A stretch of DNA of 63,879 nucleotides, the filler included, from Aduncisulcus paluster (Eukaryota): assembly GCA_024181965.1 (NCBI GenBank). It is 35 parts of 35 records of this genome, joined end to end, with 100 filler letters (N's around TTAATTAATTAA, not from the genome) between each part and the next. Parts side by side here need not be neighbours in the genome. Positions count along the whole stretch, not along the records: positions 1 to 1,395 come from BQXS01010253.1; positions 1,496 to 3,149 come from BQXS01010254.1; positions 3,250 to 4,887 come from BQXS01010255.1; positions 4,988 to 6,553 come from BQXS01010256.1; positions 6,654 to 7,923 come from BQXS01010257.1; positions 8,024 to 9,390 come from BQXS01010258.1; positions 9,491 to 10,992 come from BQXS01010259.1; 28 more parts are not named here. One strand, given 5' to 3'. The notes below the pieces were generated by a model that saw nothing but the letters and a program-made list of their open reading frames with translations, made no database searches and had not been told where the DNA came from. Positions 1 through 11,092 of this stretch are shown one piece after another. The position numbers and the translations under genes are program-made. Position 1 is the stretch's first letter. Every line of letters starts with the position of its first letter.

Positions 1-1395
1 GGTTTGCAAGGAATGTTTTCCAGAAATAGAATTGCCATCATCAACAACTGTGCTGTCAAAGTTCAGAGAAGGGAAGGTCAACTCAGTCGTAGGTGTAGGT
101 GGAATGTGAGATTCTTCATCTTTCTCATCCGATCTATTTTTAGAATCGGGTAATATCGAACAAGAGGGATTTTGATGTTGAACAGAATCAAGATGGAGAG
201 GCTTTGACAGAGAATGTGGAAGAGGAATGGTTACATGCCCAATTCCATCACCATTTCCTTCTTCCTCTTCCTCTTTCACAACCTCCTCTTTCTCATATTC
301 TTCTTTCTCACCATGTCTATTTATAGAAAATGATGATACATCTGTTTCAAGTTGTTGTTGTTGCTCGTGGATTGTTTCTTTCCCTTCAACTTCATGCAAT
401 TTCTCTTCATCTTTCCCCGTTGAATTGGAAAGACCAAGGGACACCGATGGAGCGATCGGAAGGGGAATAATCGGTAACGGAAGGATGTCCAAGGAAGAAT
501 CAGTCACATGGAGCGAAGACGGGAAAATGTTACATTCGACAGAATCCTCAAATTTAATACTGGCAGGTCTTGTTTGATCTATTTTTGGATCATCCTTACT
601 CGGATTTGGTCCCAAAATAGATCCAGGATACAGCATATGGGCCGAGGAAGAAGCCGAGGAAACTGTTGAAGCAGAATGGTGAGATCCAGCTGTTGCAGAT
701 TGCTGTTGAGGAGAAGTCTTAACAGAGGAGACAGACACCGATTTTCTATTTTTAGATCTTCCTCGACTTTTCCTCCCTCTTCCTCTCCCTCTTCCTCTCC
801 CTCTCCCTCTTCCACGTCCTCTCCCACGTTTGACAGCCTCAGTCGAAATCGTCTCAGTCGAAGTGATAGATGGAACAACAGATGGGTGAGAAGAACTCAC
901 TCCTTTGCTATTTATAGAATTACTATTTATAGGATTATCCACACCGACACTCAATGTACTTGTCAGTATCGGGGGGACTTCTGAACCCGTTGTCCCAACG
1001 TTGAGGGGAGAAACATCAGTATTTCCAGAAGAAACGTCATCCAACGCAAGTCCAAGTCTTTTTGTGGCTTCCTTTCCGATCGTTTCAATACCACTGCTGA
1101 CTCGATATCCTTCTTCCACACTCCATCCACTCAAATGGTGCATACAACCAGTGTAGGAAATTAGAGGAGTATGAGGGGGTAAATATTCAGTGTGAGTCAT
1201 ATCAGTGTGAGAATCGGAATAAGATACCTTTTCTGAGTGCTTTGAACGAGATTGAAGGGTTCTTCCAGAAGGTGGAGAGAGGAAGGAAGGACATGTGCAA
1301 GAAGACACGACGGAAGGAATTGTCGGGAAAGGTTTTGATGAAGGCTTCATCGGATTATTTGATTCTTTACCCAATGTGGATGACGCGATTGAGGG
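1..1395 (-). CDS. Partial low-complexity S/P/E-rich protein with an (RG)9 tract; open across the whole contig and absent from the ORF track
   Basis: Manual translation of the minus frame shows no stop from 1395 to 1 (…EAVKRGRGRGRGRGRGRGRGRGRKSRGRSKNR…). Both ends are truncated. Confidence 0.75.
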
Positions 1396-1495
1396 NNNNN
1401 NNNNNNNNNNNNNNNNNNNNNNNNNNNNNNNNNNNNNNNTTAATTAATTAANNNNNNNNNNNNNNNNNNNNNNNNNNNNNNNNNNNNNNNNNNNN
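1396..1495. other. Artificial contig linker (N-TTAATTAATTAA-N, 100 nt); first of 34 copies, last at 59173-59272
   Basis: The same six-frame-stop 12-mer flanked by N runs recurs throughout, and composition changes abruptly across the linkers. Confidence 0.99.
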
Positions 1496-1497
1496 CA

Positions 1498-2481
1498 TTT
1501 AAAATCCTTTTTAAGGAAAAAGGAGAAGAGTCACAGAAGAGATTAATAAGCCTTTTGAATGCAGTATATTCTCCAAAAGATAAGCTCATTAAATCAATAG
1601 AATATTTGCCTGAAAGCTCAACTCCAGGTCCTGGAGAATCAGGAACTTTAATATTATATGACGTAAGTTGTAAGGATGAGTCTGGAAATCAGTTATTTAT
1701 TGTAGAAATGCAAAAAAGATTAGAATCTTTTGGAAGGCGTATGGTTTATTATGCTGCTAGAGAGCTATGTGATCAATATACTCTATCTGTAAAAGGAGAG
1801 AAAAGATATGCAGATGTCCCTATAATACATGTGCTGGCGATTGCATGTTATGAACCGAAAGGGTTTGAAAGTAGAAAAACGCATAGTTATATCGAACGTT
1901 GGGAAATACTTAATTCTGAAACAAAAGAAATAGCAAGCGATGTGTTTGACTGGACTTATATTTATCTTCCAGCTTTTGATAAACAAGTTGTAAAGAAAGA
2001 TGGAGCAGCTAAGTTTACTCCTAAAGAACTGTTAGATGGATGGTTGTTCTTCTTATCTGGGCAAACTCCTCGTGAGGCTGATCGTATAAAATTACGTCCT
2101 GAGCTAGTGTGTGGTGACCCTGCCTTGGAAAGCGCTTTTGATAGAATGGTTAATTTAACGAAAGATGAAAGATTAAAGATGCGTAAAGAAACTAAAAGAC
2201 GGGCCGACGACCAAGCTGCAAAGATTGCTGAACTTGAAGATGCAAAAGAAAAAGGTAGAGCAGAAGGTGAGATTATTGGGGAGTTAAAATTTGCTATAAA
2301 AAGATTTATGAAAGGCAAAGAGATATCTGAAGATTTAGATGAATTTTCTAGCATAGGATTAGAAACCTTGACTAAATCTTGGCCTTCTGGTGTAACTCAA
2401 GAGCAACAGTTAGCATTTATCTCTGAATTGAAAAAGAAAAATCTTTTGAAAGCAGAAGTTGAGGAAGAAAAAGAAGACTAA
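1498..2481 (+). CDS. Rpn-family recombination-promoting nuclease / PD-(D/E)XK 'putative transposase' (5' partial)
   Basis: Motifs FKILF…LISLLNA, YDVSC…FIVEMQ, RMVYYAA, WLFFL and C-terminal KEKGRAEGEIIG match the family pattern. The frame is open from the contig start. Confidence 0.85.
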   Translation, partial: FKILFKEKGEESQKRLISLLNAVYSPKDKLIKSIEYLPESSTPGPGESGTLILYDVSCKDESGNQLFIVEMQKRLESFGRRMVYYAARELCDQYTLSVKGEKRYADVPIIHVLAIACYEPKGFESRKTHSYIERWEILNSETKEIASDVFDWTYIYLPAFDKQVVKKDGAAKFTPKELLDGWLFFLSGQTPREADRIKLRPELVCGDPALESAFDRMVNLTKDERLKMRKETKRRADDQAAKIAELEDAKEKGRAEGEIIGELKFAIKRFMKGKEISEDLDEFSSIGLETLTKSWPSGVTQEQQLAFISELKKKNLLKAEVEEEKED

Positions 2482-2753
2482 TCACTCTTCTATCTCTGTT
2501 GCAATCTATAGGCGAGCCATGTCATACAATACAAATTTGAAAATAAATCAGGTTGATTATTTTTCAATTCTACAATTATTTGTCATTTTTTGATTCCTTT
2601 CTCTTTTTCCCACGGATTTTATCTCGGGGTCTTTGTTTTGTCGTTTTATTAATGGCAACAGATAGTGTAAATGAGCCAGTCGATTGGTGGTTATTAATTA
2701 CTAATCTTGCCATCGTCATTTTACTTCTCGCCATCTTATTTAGCTTGTCATAT

Positions 2754-3149
2754 CTAATTCCTAGGAATAGCGATTGGAATAAGAGTAGGGGGGACTTGAG
2801 GGTCAAACGGTGGAAGTGGCGTCATAGTGAATGAGGCAGAAGCAGAATTAGAAGGTGGTATAGGTGGAACAGGAACATCGAGAGGGGCTGTAGGGGGAAG
2901 TTCAGAGGTTACTTGCGTGGGGGCGACAGTAGTCATATCCTCGAGGCGGCGCATCATCATGGGCCATAGTTGACATATGCGAGCACTAAGACACTCAAGG
3001 TAGTGAACTCTAGTGCGTGGATAGGGTTTGCCCCGACCACGGGGGATGGGACGTCGGAACGCATCCTCAAGGCCACGTAAGACACTCTGAATTACACTTA
3101 CAGTTAGTCTACCGGAGCCCGTAACAGCTTTTTGTGGACTCAATTTATG
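2754..3149 (-). CDS. C-terminal fragment of an unknown protein with a Pro-rich tail; possible homolog of 48310-49603
   Basis: Open to the contig edge. GRLTVSVIQSVLRGLEDAF resembles GSLTVAQLKHAHRAFDELF. Confidence 0.5.
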   Translation of the reverse strand, partial: HKLSPQKAVTGSGRLTVSVIQSVLRGLEDAFRRPIPRGRGKPYPRTRVHYLECLSARICQLWPMMMRRLEDMTTVAPTQVTSELPPTAPLDVPVPPIPPSNSASASFTMTPLPPFDPQVPPTLIPIAIPRN

Positions 3150-3249
3150 NNNNNNNNNNNNNNNNNNNNNNNNNNNNNNNNNNNNNNNNNNNNTTAATTA
3201 ATTAANNNNNNNNNNNNNNNNNNNNNNNNNNNNNNNNNNNNNNNNNNNN

Positions 3250-3384
3250 GTTCGTTGGTTTGGATTTGATGAGTCAGAGAATAGTTGGGAAAAGCTAGAA
3301 TCGATCAATGAGTCGATAGCTTTGGATAAGTACCTTGACGATCATCCAGAACTAAAACCATGGTGTCCAGAAGATAGTAAATAA
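3250..3384 (+). mobile_element. Chromodomain at the C-terminus of an LTR retrotransposon integrase (chromovirus-type)
   Basis: Translates VRWFGFDESENSWEKLESI…K*, matching the chromodomain VKWxGyxxxenTWE pattern, and is followed by a PPT and LTR. Confidence 0.85.
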
Positions 3385-3477
3385 GATTTATTCGATTATA
3401 ATAAGTTTTATTAGGAAAATTCAAAGATCATAGTCGATTATGGTGCAGAAGTGCAGCCAGAAGATGCTGGTAGGGGA

Positions 3478-4107
3478 TGTTCGCCAAGGATAGGCAACAG
3501 AATGACAGCAATAGGAAGCTTAGACCCATTTAAAAGAAGACATAACATCGAGTCAAGGAGGAAGAAAAGCCAATATTATCGAAAATATTCTGGAGACGGA
3601 GGGAATACTTTATATTATGAAGATGTTAAAGAGTACAGACCAAAATGGTGCGCCAAGGATGGAAGGAGGACGAAACATCTCTAGAACCATGTCGAGTGTC
3701 TTTTCTGATGATATCAAGAGGAGGACGAAGTCAAAAGGCATTATTAACAAAAACAATCTTCACAGACACCGATATTAGAAAATTTTCGAGTAAGATCAAC
3801 GAACTCATCACCATAAATGAGCACAGCAAAGCAACGATAATACAGGAATTAATTAGGAGATAAGCATAAGATTATGAGCTTAAAAGTTCAATTATGCTAA
3901 TAGGATACGAAAAATTTCTTTTCATACGTAATTGCAAGGAAAAGGAGATCGATTTTGGGGAAATCGATGTAAGATTCAGGATGTCGAAAATTACAGTGAT
4001 TTCATAATTACATGAAGATATAGGCTTCAAAAACAGTATTATTTTCTTGATACGTGCAAAGAATGAGGAGATACAGACTATCGAGTTAACAAGCATTTTT
4101 ACGAACA
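3478..4107 (+). mobile_element. Putative 3' LTR (630 bp) preceded by a purine tract
   Basis: Termini TGTTCG…CGAACA form a perfect 6-bp inverted repeat. AGGGGA lies directly upstream, about 90 nt after the chromodomain stop. Confidence 0.7.
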
Positions 4108-4499
4108 TTATAAATTAGGGGTGTTAATGGACTTATATCCATCCTATTTTTGCGTATATTAAATTTTTAAGTTATATTAAAATGGTCGAGAAAATGGCCA
4201 AACGAACCATGTTGGGCAAACTGAAAAAATCGAAAATGCTTAAGACACAATTAAATTTTTTTATCGACAATTTGGGGATAAAATAATCATGTTTTCGCGT
4301 ATTAATAGTTATAAAAATATAAATTATGTTATATTACATTTTAGATGTATGCTTTCGTTTCTGATTGTTTTTGGAGGGGAAGGAAATGAGATATTGGAGA
4401 GAGAGGATAGGAAGGTCTTAGAAATCGCTGAATATACAAGCTTAGAAGGACTGATGTATGGTTGCGAAAGTTGTAGCCTCACGCAAGGATGAAAAGATC

Positions 4500-4859
4500 T
4501 CATTGAGGAGATGGAGATCTGGATAGTGGGGTCCCCGACTGATTTTGGGGAGGAATGATGTAATAGACCGTTCCGGGACTCAGGTGCCGGCCCGCCGTGT
4601 TTCTCACCGGTTCTAAAAATAGATAATTAGCGTCAATCTTTATTTTAATAAATGTATCACAACACCTTATTTCCCTTTCTAAATTGTCATATTTTCCTTT
4701 TAAATCGATATCGGTTGGTATTTCTACGAATCCTTCCGATATTTCCTTCTCCAAATCCGTTAATTGTATTTTTTGTCTTCCTTGGTCCAGCAAATTGTGA
4801 TTTAATATTGTGGATGCCCCAATAAGCATCTTTTGGTTCGTATTTTCCATTTTTATCAC
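4500..4859 (-). CDS. Hypothetical protein fragment
   Basis: 119-aa ORF near the contig edge; no motif recognised. Confidence 0.35.
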   Translation of the reverse strand: MIKMENTNQKMLIGASTILNHNLLDQGRQKIQLTDLEKEISEGFVEIPTDIDLKGKYDNLEREIRCCDTFIKIKIDANYLFLEPVRNTAGRHLSPGTVYYIIPPQNQSGTPLSRSPSPQ

Positions 4860-4987
4860 AGTAAATGATTCTACAAATGTAACTTTTNNNNNNNNNNNNN
4901 NNNNNNNNNNNNNNNNNNNNNNNNNNNNNNNTTAATTAATTAANNNNNNNNNNNNNNNNNNNNNNNNNNNNNNNNNNNNNNNNNNNN

Positions 4988-6551
4988 ACAAGAATGACTT
5001 ACTTGTTGCAGTGGGTCCTGAAAGGATGATGGAACGCCTTGTTCCAACGACAGTTGCAATCTTCTCGAGCAATTGGAGTTGGAGAGAAGAGAACGAATGG
5101 GTGTCAATAGCCTTATTGACATGTTTCACAACCTTCTTGGAAGACGTCCACAAAGGAATCTTGGCACTTCCAATACACACAGTTCCACCATTGGATGATT
5201 TCTCCAGAGATAGGGGAACATGATCATTGGCAGGGAATAACTTGATACGATCACGGATATGTTTGGCTTCGGAAGGAGAGAAACGTGAAAGATAGACAAT
5301 ATCAAGGATGGATGAGAACTCGATAGCTCCACCAGCGGTTTTCAACATCTCGGATACCTTGATAATCTCTCGAAGGGAAAGACTATTCGTGAGACCATTC
5401 TTGGCACAATAGTCCAAACAAGCCTTGTGGATCATCGTCGTGCTTTCAAGATATTTTTCCTCAAGGTATCGAGTATCCGCATGAGGTTTACCCTTTGCAA
5501 TCTGGATGAGCTCATCCATGGAATATGATGGAATGGTTGTGTAGAGCACACTCTCACGAACCATGGGAGGGATCCTCATCCTTGCCCCAGAAAGTTCCTG
5601 TGGATTGAGAGTGGCAACAACCATCACATGGCTCACGTCACATGGGGATCCATCGGGGAGGGTGATGGACTTCTCGAGGGAATCTCCAAAGAGAGGGATG
5701 AGGATGTCGAACACTTCGGGAGGCGCAAGATTGATCTCATCAAGAAGAAGAACCATCCGAGGACATGGGTTACTCACAGACTTGTCCTTCCTACTCGTGG
5801 AATCAATGTATTTCTTCAGCGTGCCCGGAATTGTCTCGAACTTGGGGTATCCATCCTCACCACGAACACTTGCAACATACCCAAACAGACTATCCACAGT
5901 CGTCGAGTTGCTGAAGTTGAGACGCTTGAAATCAAGCCCGATGGATTTGGCAAAATGCTCGACGACGGCACTCTTCCCTTGGCCAGGGGCAGATTCAAGG
6001 AAGACGGGAATTCGACTTGCAAGACCTGTTACAAGAACATCGATGACGTTCGAGATATTTGGACCAAGCACGAAGTCACTGTCAGCAAACAGCTCTTCGG
6101 TGGTCTCGTGACGAATGCGAGAGATCTTTGATGCTGGGATTGGGATCACATTGGTGGAGACACACGACACCTTGGAATGGATCGTAACTCTCTTGTTTCC
6201 AAGCAGTTTGCCCGCATGAATATAACGAGAGAATGTGTTCTCAGGAATATGGATTTCTGGATCCTCTTCGGTATCATCGGCATTGTCAGGAGATATTTCA
6301 TTTTGACCTTTATCCAGATTATCATCATCTCCTCCTTCTTCCTCGTCCTCATCAAGGATGGGTCTCGATTGTACAACATCGGGGAACATCCCTTCTTCCT
6401 CTTCGGGTTCTTCACCTTCGCCCAAGATTGGCTGATGTTGGTGCTGATGATGATGATGATGATGTTGGTGCTGATGATGAGTGGATTGGAGTCGATCATT
6501 CAACTCCTTCTTCTCAGTCTCAGACAGGAGATCCATGAAACCAGGAATCAC
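4988..6551 (-). CDS. Midasin/MDN1-like multi-AAA ATPase, internal fragment
   Basis: Walker A ESAPGQGKS, RLNFSNSTTVDSLFG, Walker B LLLDEINLA, ATLNP, LSLRE, then a second P-loop ILSGPTATSKS. A His-rich and acidic tract lies upstream. Confidence 0.8.
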
Positions 6552-6653
6552 ACNNNNNNNNNNNNNNNNNNNNNNNNNNNNNNNNNNNNNNNNNNNNTTA
6601 ATTAATTAANNNNNNNNNNNNNNNNNNNNNNNNNNNNNNNNNNNNNNNNNNNN

Positions 6654-7923
6654 AAAGAGAGAGAAAGATTAAAGGTGCTGCAAATCGAACATGAACTATC
6701 TGTATCTTCATCGTCTATTGTTATAACTGATGATTCTACTGATGACGTTGCCAAACGTTCTTCTATTTTTAGAGACATTGAGAAGAAAGAGAAGATTGAG
6801 CAGAAGCGTGTGAATACTTTATTGAAGAAGATCACGAAAGAGTGGGAAGAGTGGAGAGAAAGGATGCATGGAATGATATCTGTCGTTGTAAAGAAAGAAA
6901 AGAGAGATGGGAAACATCCATTGATAAAGACTGACGAACAGTTGGCATCCCTAATTAAACGTAGAGTTTTATCAGAAACTGCAATTCCTTTCACTCCCCT
7001 TGTAGGTCGTTCTTTCCCTCAGCCTCTCTTAACAACTCCTTTACCACCTTCCCTTCTTCATCTTGAAGCTTATGTTCACACTATGATATGTTTCTTTGGA
7101 GAACTTACAGCCTGTCTTCCTTTACTTCACTGTGCATTTGACATGTCACGGGGTAAAAGTTCAAGAGCTGCAAGAGATATTGGGTCTACGTACAACTCGA
7201 GGAATGACATTACAAAGTCTGTTGAATGGTATAGCAAATCAGTGAAGCTTGAACCAACACATATAGAATCACAGTTCGCCTTTGGAGTGTGTCTAATGCA
7301 AGATAAGAACTTCTCAAGAGCTGAAGATGTATTTAAATACATTATTCAGCATGATTCAGAGTCTCAAGATGCTTGGGGAAACCTTGGAATGTGTAATTTG
7401 GCCAGGAATAAGTTGAAAGAAGCGCATTTATGCTTCATGAAGGCTGTCAACCTTGATCGTACTAATTTAAAGGCCTGGAGTGCCGTTCTTCAAAGCGCAG
7501 TCAGTGTTGGTGAAGAAGGAGTTGTTCATGATGCTGCTGAGAGTGTATGTCGAGTGTGTGATGGTGTTCGTGCTTGTTCATGGGTTAATGATAACATTAA
7601 CTTGCTCAGACGATGTGTGATGGTTTGTACTAAAGATGTCAAGACAAAGCAACGCAGAGCTATTGTTGTCAAAGATGCCATGGAGAAACTTGTTCGTTAT
7701 TCCATTGATGGACGGGACCAGTGTGAGTTGTTCTATAAATTGAACTGGCACAATGGACAAATGCCCAAGGCTAAAGCTAAGCTATGTTCTCCTCTATTGT
7801 CATGTAAAGGTCTTCCTCCTTCAGTCAACTCTACTGTATCCCTTGCTGTTCAATCTCTCGCTTGTGCTTGTGATGCTCTGAGTGCTTCTGTTGGTGATTC
7901 TTATGCTTCTCTATTGTTCTCAT
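6654..7923 (+). CDS. TPR-repeat protein, TTC27/Emw1-like (partial)
   Basis: Tandem TPR motifs (WYSKSVKLEP…FAFGVCLM; DAWGNLGMC…A…AVNLD…AW). Confidence 0.7.
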
Positions 7924-8023
7924 NNNNNNNNNNNNNNNNNNNNNNNNNNNNNNNNNNNNNNNNNNNNTTAATTAATTAANNNNNNNNNNNNNNNNNNNNN
8001 NNNNNNNNNNNNNNNNNNNNNNN

Positions 8024-9031
8024 CTTCTCTTTTCCTTCTCTTTCAACTTCTTTTCCAACTTCTTTTATGATAAGTTCACATTCTCTCCCTATTTTTTTCA
8101 TTTCTTCATCAGCACCCATTCCTCTTTCCAACTCCCCTCTCAAAGTATCGACTCTTCCACAGTCAATTCCCAGCTCTCGGCATATACACGCGAACGAATT
8201 CAATATTTTTTTCCATCTTTTCACTCTCAATTCCCTTGCCCTCCTCCCCTCAACGATTTCTCCTCCATCTGTTCCAGGCCACGCCCACAAATTATAACAT
8301 CCTTTTTCTAAATTTATCTTTGTCTGAAGTTGTTTGCACACTGGGTAATATAAAATTAATTCTGTTTTTCGTTTTCTCTTCTCTTTGTCTCTTTTTTCTC
8401 TGGAAATTCTTCTTCTTCGACGCTCCTCTTCTGCTTCATCTACCATCTGCTGTCTACTCCTTCTTTCTCTTTCTTCTTGACTTCTCTCCCTTCTCAGCTG
8501 ACGCAAACTTATCCCTCGATCTGTGGCTTCTCTCCTCTCTTCTGCTTCTCTTCTATCTTTCTCTTCTTGTCTTCTTCTCCTTATCTCTTGTCTTTCTGCT
8601 CGTGTTGTTGGTTGGGGTCGGATATCCTCTCTTGGGGTCGGCTCTGTGATCTCACCTATCTCAAACATTGAAACACTCTCCTCTCTCTCCATCCTTCTTA
8701 TCTCTGCTCTCAGTCTTTCTTCCTCTTCATTGTCAATCGTAATTTCTCCTTCTACTTCTTCTACTTCTTCTTCTTCAAACCTTGATGCATATACAACCAT
8801 TGTTCTCTCCATATCGTTTTTCGTGGCAAATGCCGCCTCCACTTCTTTGGGGGTGGGTATGGAAATTTTCCCCTCCGGATCTACCTGGGATCTTAATTTT
8901 CGATATATTCGCTGTGATATCTGCCCAGATATTATCAGATTTAGGATAACTGATGCCTTAAAACGCTCAGAATTCAACTTTTCAACAAATGGTAGGTCTA
9001 ATGGTTCTGTAGGGGGGGAATTTGCTGGCAA
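8024..9031 (-). CDS. Hypothetical R/E-rich coiled-coil protein (3' partial)
   Basis: Open frame of about 335 aa with highly charged composition. Confidence 0.55.
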
Positions 9032-9490
9032 AAAAATTCAAAAAATGATAAATATCCAGTTTCTTCAATATTTGCACTCGGATATTTCATTTTAAACAGT
9101 TTTGTGACTGATTCAAGAATAATCATGGTTTGTCACAAACCTTACAACGGTTGTAACATTTCTTTCCTTTTGGCTGCCGAACTGAGACCCGAACTCACTG
9201 TGCCAATGTAAAATGTATAAAAAAAAAGGTTCCTGAAAGCGAATAATGATATAAAGTTCGTTTCTATCGTTCTGAAGGAGTAGAATCTTTTCTGATGTCT
9301 GATTGAAGTATCGAAGCTGTGATATCCGTTTCCTCCGAATAATATTGAAGTTTTCGTCAAGGGTAAGGAGAGTATAACTGATATTATTTGNNNNNNNNNN
9401 NNNNNNNNNNNNNNNNNNNNNNNNNNNNNNNNNNTTAATTAATTAANNNNNNNNNNNNNNNNNNNNNNNNNNNNNNNNNNNNNNNNNNNN

Positions 9491-10360
9491 TGGACGAAGA
9501 AGTTTGTGGAAGTCTGCCCATGAAGCCCGTCATGTCGCCCTCTCCCTTGTCGGTGAATCTCTTTTATACCCTCAAATCAATGAACTGATCCTCGAGCTAC
9601 ACCGCAGAAAGTTGAGCACATTCCTCGTTTCGAACTCCCAGCTCCCCGAGAAACTCAAGGCCATGCCCCCCTGTCACCCAGTTGTACCTCTCTGTTGACG
9701 CTGCTGACCCGGACACATTAGCCGAAATCGACCGTCCCTATGTCGGCAAAACTGACGCCTGGCGCCGATTGAATGAGAGTTCTGTCCATTTTATCCACCC
9801 GTCAAGAGAGGACAGCCATCCGAATCACTGTCATTAAGAAGCTGAATTGCCGTCGTGAAGACATTCCTGGGTATGTCAAACTCATTCGTTTGGGCCGACC
9901 ATGCTTCATTGAGCTGAAAGCCTTCTCGTTTGTCGGTGGAACAAGACATCGCCATGCTTTCTTTCTTTCTTCTCTCTTGCCAACGTTCCCTGGCCAGACC
10001 AGTGTGTTGAGTATGCAAGGTGGCTTGAGGCTGCCCTTGAAGGTGATTACAGGGGCTGTCAGTGTCCACCACGAGAGAAAGGCTGTGGTTATGGTGCGCA
10101 GAGATCTGTTTGTTGGGTGGGAATTGGACTCGGTGTCTTGGATCGATTTTGACAAGTTCTTCTCCCTTTATGGTTCTCCTGACTTCGACGCCCTGTCTTA
10201 TAGCATTCCAATCCATGATGATCGCTTAATCACTCCTGATGATCGCTTAATCACTCCTGATGATCGCTTAATCACTCCTGATGAAGATTCTTCATTGAAG
10301 AAGCCCCCGCCAAGTGTAACTGTGAAGAAAACAACTACCTTGTTTATGGCAATGCTTTGA
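9491..10360 (+). pseudogene. TYW1: TYW1 radical-SAM wybutosine synthase C-terminal half with about 4 frameshifts (pseudogene or sequencing indels)
   Basis: HVALSLVGE…YPQIN…STFLVSN, PVTQLYLSVDA…IDRP, ERTAIRITVIK, PCFIELK, LANVPW and WIDFDKF occur in order but in different frames. Confidence 0.85.
10217..10284 (+). repeat. 21-bp tandem repeat x3 (GATGATCGCTTAATCACTCCT; DDRLITP)
   Basis: Three exact copies read directly. Confidence 0.95.
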
Positions 10361-10671
10361 ATCGTCAATCCTATGAGCTCCATTGCAGTGCAGTTTCGCT
10401 GTCAGTGGCTATGATACTTCAGAAACTATCCACAATCACCGTTTCCCATTTCCGTCACATATTTCCTTTTTTTTTTTTTTTTTTTTTACTCCTCGTTCGT
10501 GTGTATCTTGTAGGTTATCGTTGTTTGTTGTAGATAGTTGGAATATCTTTGTTTTTCTAGGTGATACTAGCACTTCTATAGTCTCTATAGATCCTCTGCT
10601 CATGCTCTTTCCACACGCTTCCCTGAGGTTATGATCCTATGAGCTCTCTTCTTACGTCACCTACACCTTTG

Positions 10672-10739
10672 AGTGTCTCACTATCTTCAGTGTCTCACTA
10701 TCTTCAGTGTCACACTATCTTCAGTGTCACACTATCTTT
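10672..10739 (+). repeat. 17-bp tandem repeat x4 (AGTGTCWCACTATCTTY)
   Basis: Four adjacent copies without spacers. Confidence 0.95.
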
Positions 10740-11092
10740 CTAAACTGCGCTAGGAGATCCACTCCTAGACATAAAATCGTTTCATCAGTCCCGAGTTTTG
10801 TTTACATATTGGATTATAAAGTGACAAAATATGCAGATAAGTTGCAGTTGAAATCTATGAATATTGTGAATATATCATCGACTTATTGGCAGAAAAGCTA
10901 CTAGCTTCTGGTTTTCTTCAGTTTGGGTTTTCAAAGTCGTTCTCACATTCTTCTCTGCTTGCTCGATTGATAAATACTAATTCAGTTTATTANNNNNNNN
11001 NNNNNNNNNNNNNNNNNNNNNNNNNNNNNNNNNNNNTTAATTAATTAANNNNNNNNNNNNNNNNNNNNNNNNNNNNNNNNNNNNNNNNNNNN

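Noticed and set aside
4116-4135. TAGGGGTGTTAATGG as PPT plus LTR start, or as an hAT terminus
   Set aside because: No matching inverted end in the contig; 3478-4107 explains the LTR better.
10672-10739. CRISPR-like array
   Set aside because: Units are adjacent with no spacers, are only 17 bp, and lie in a eukaryotic contig.
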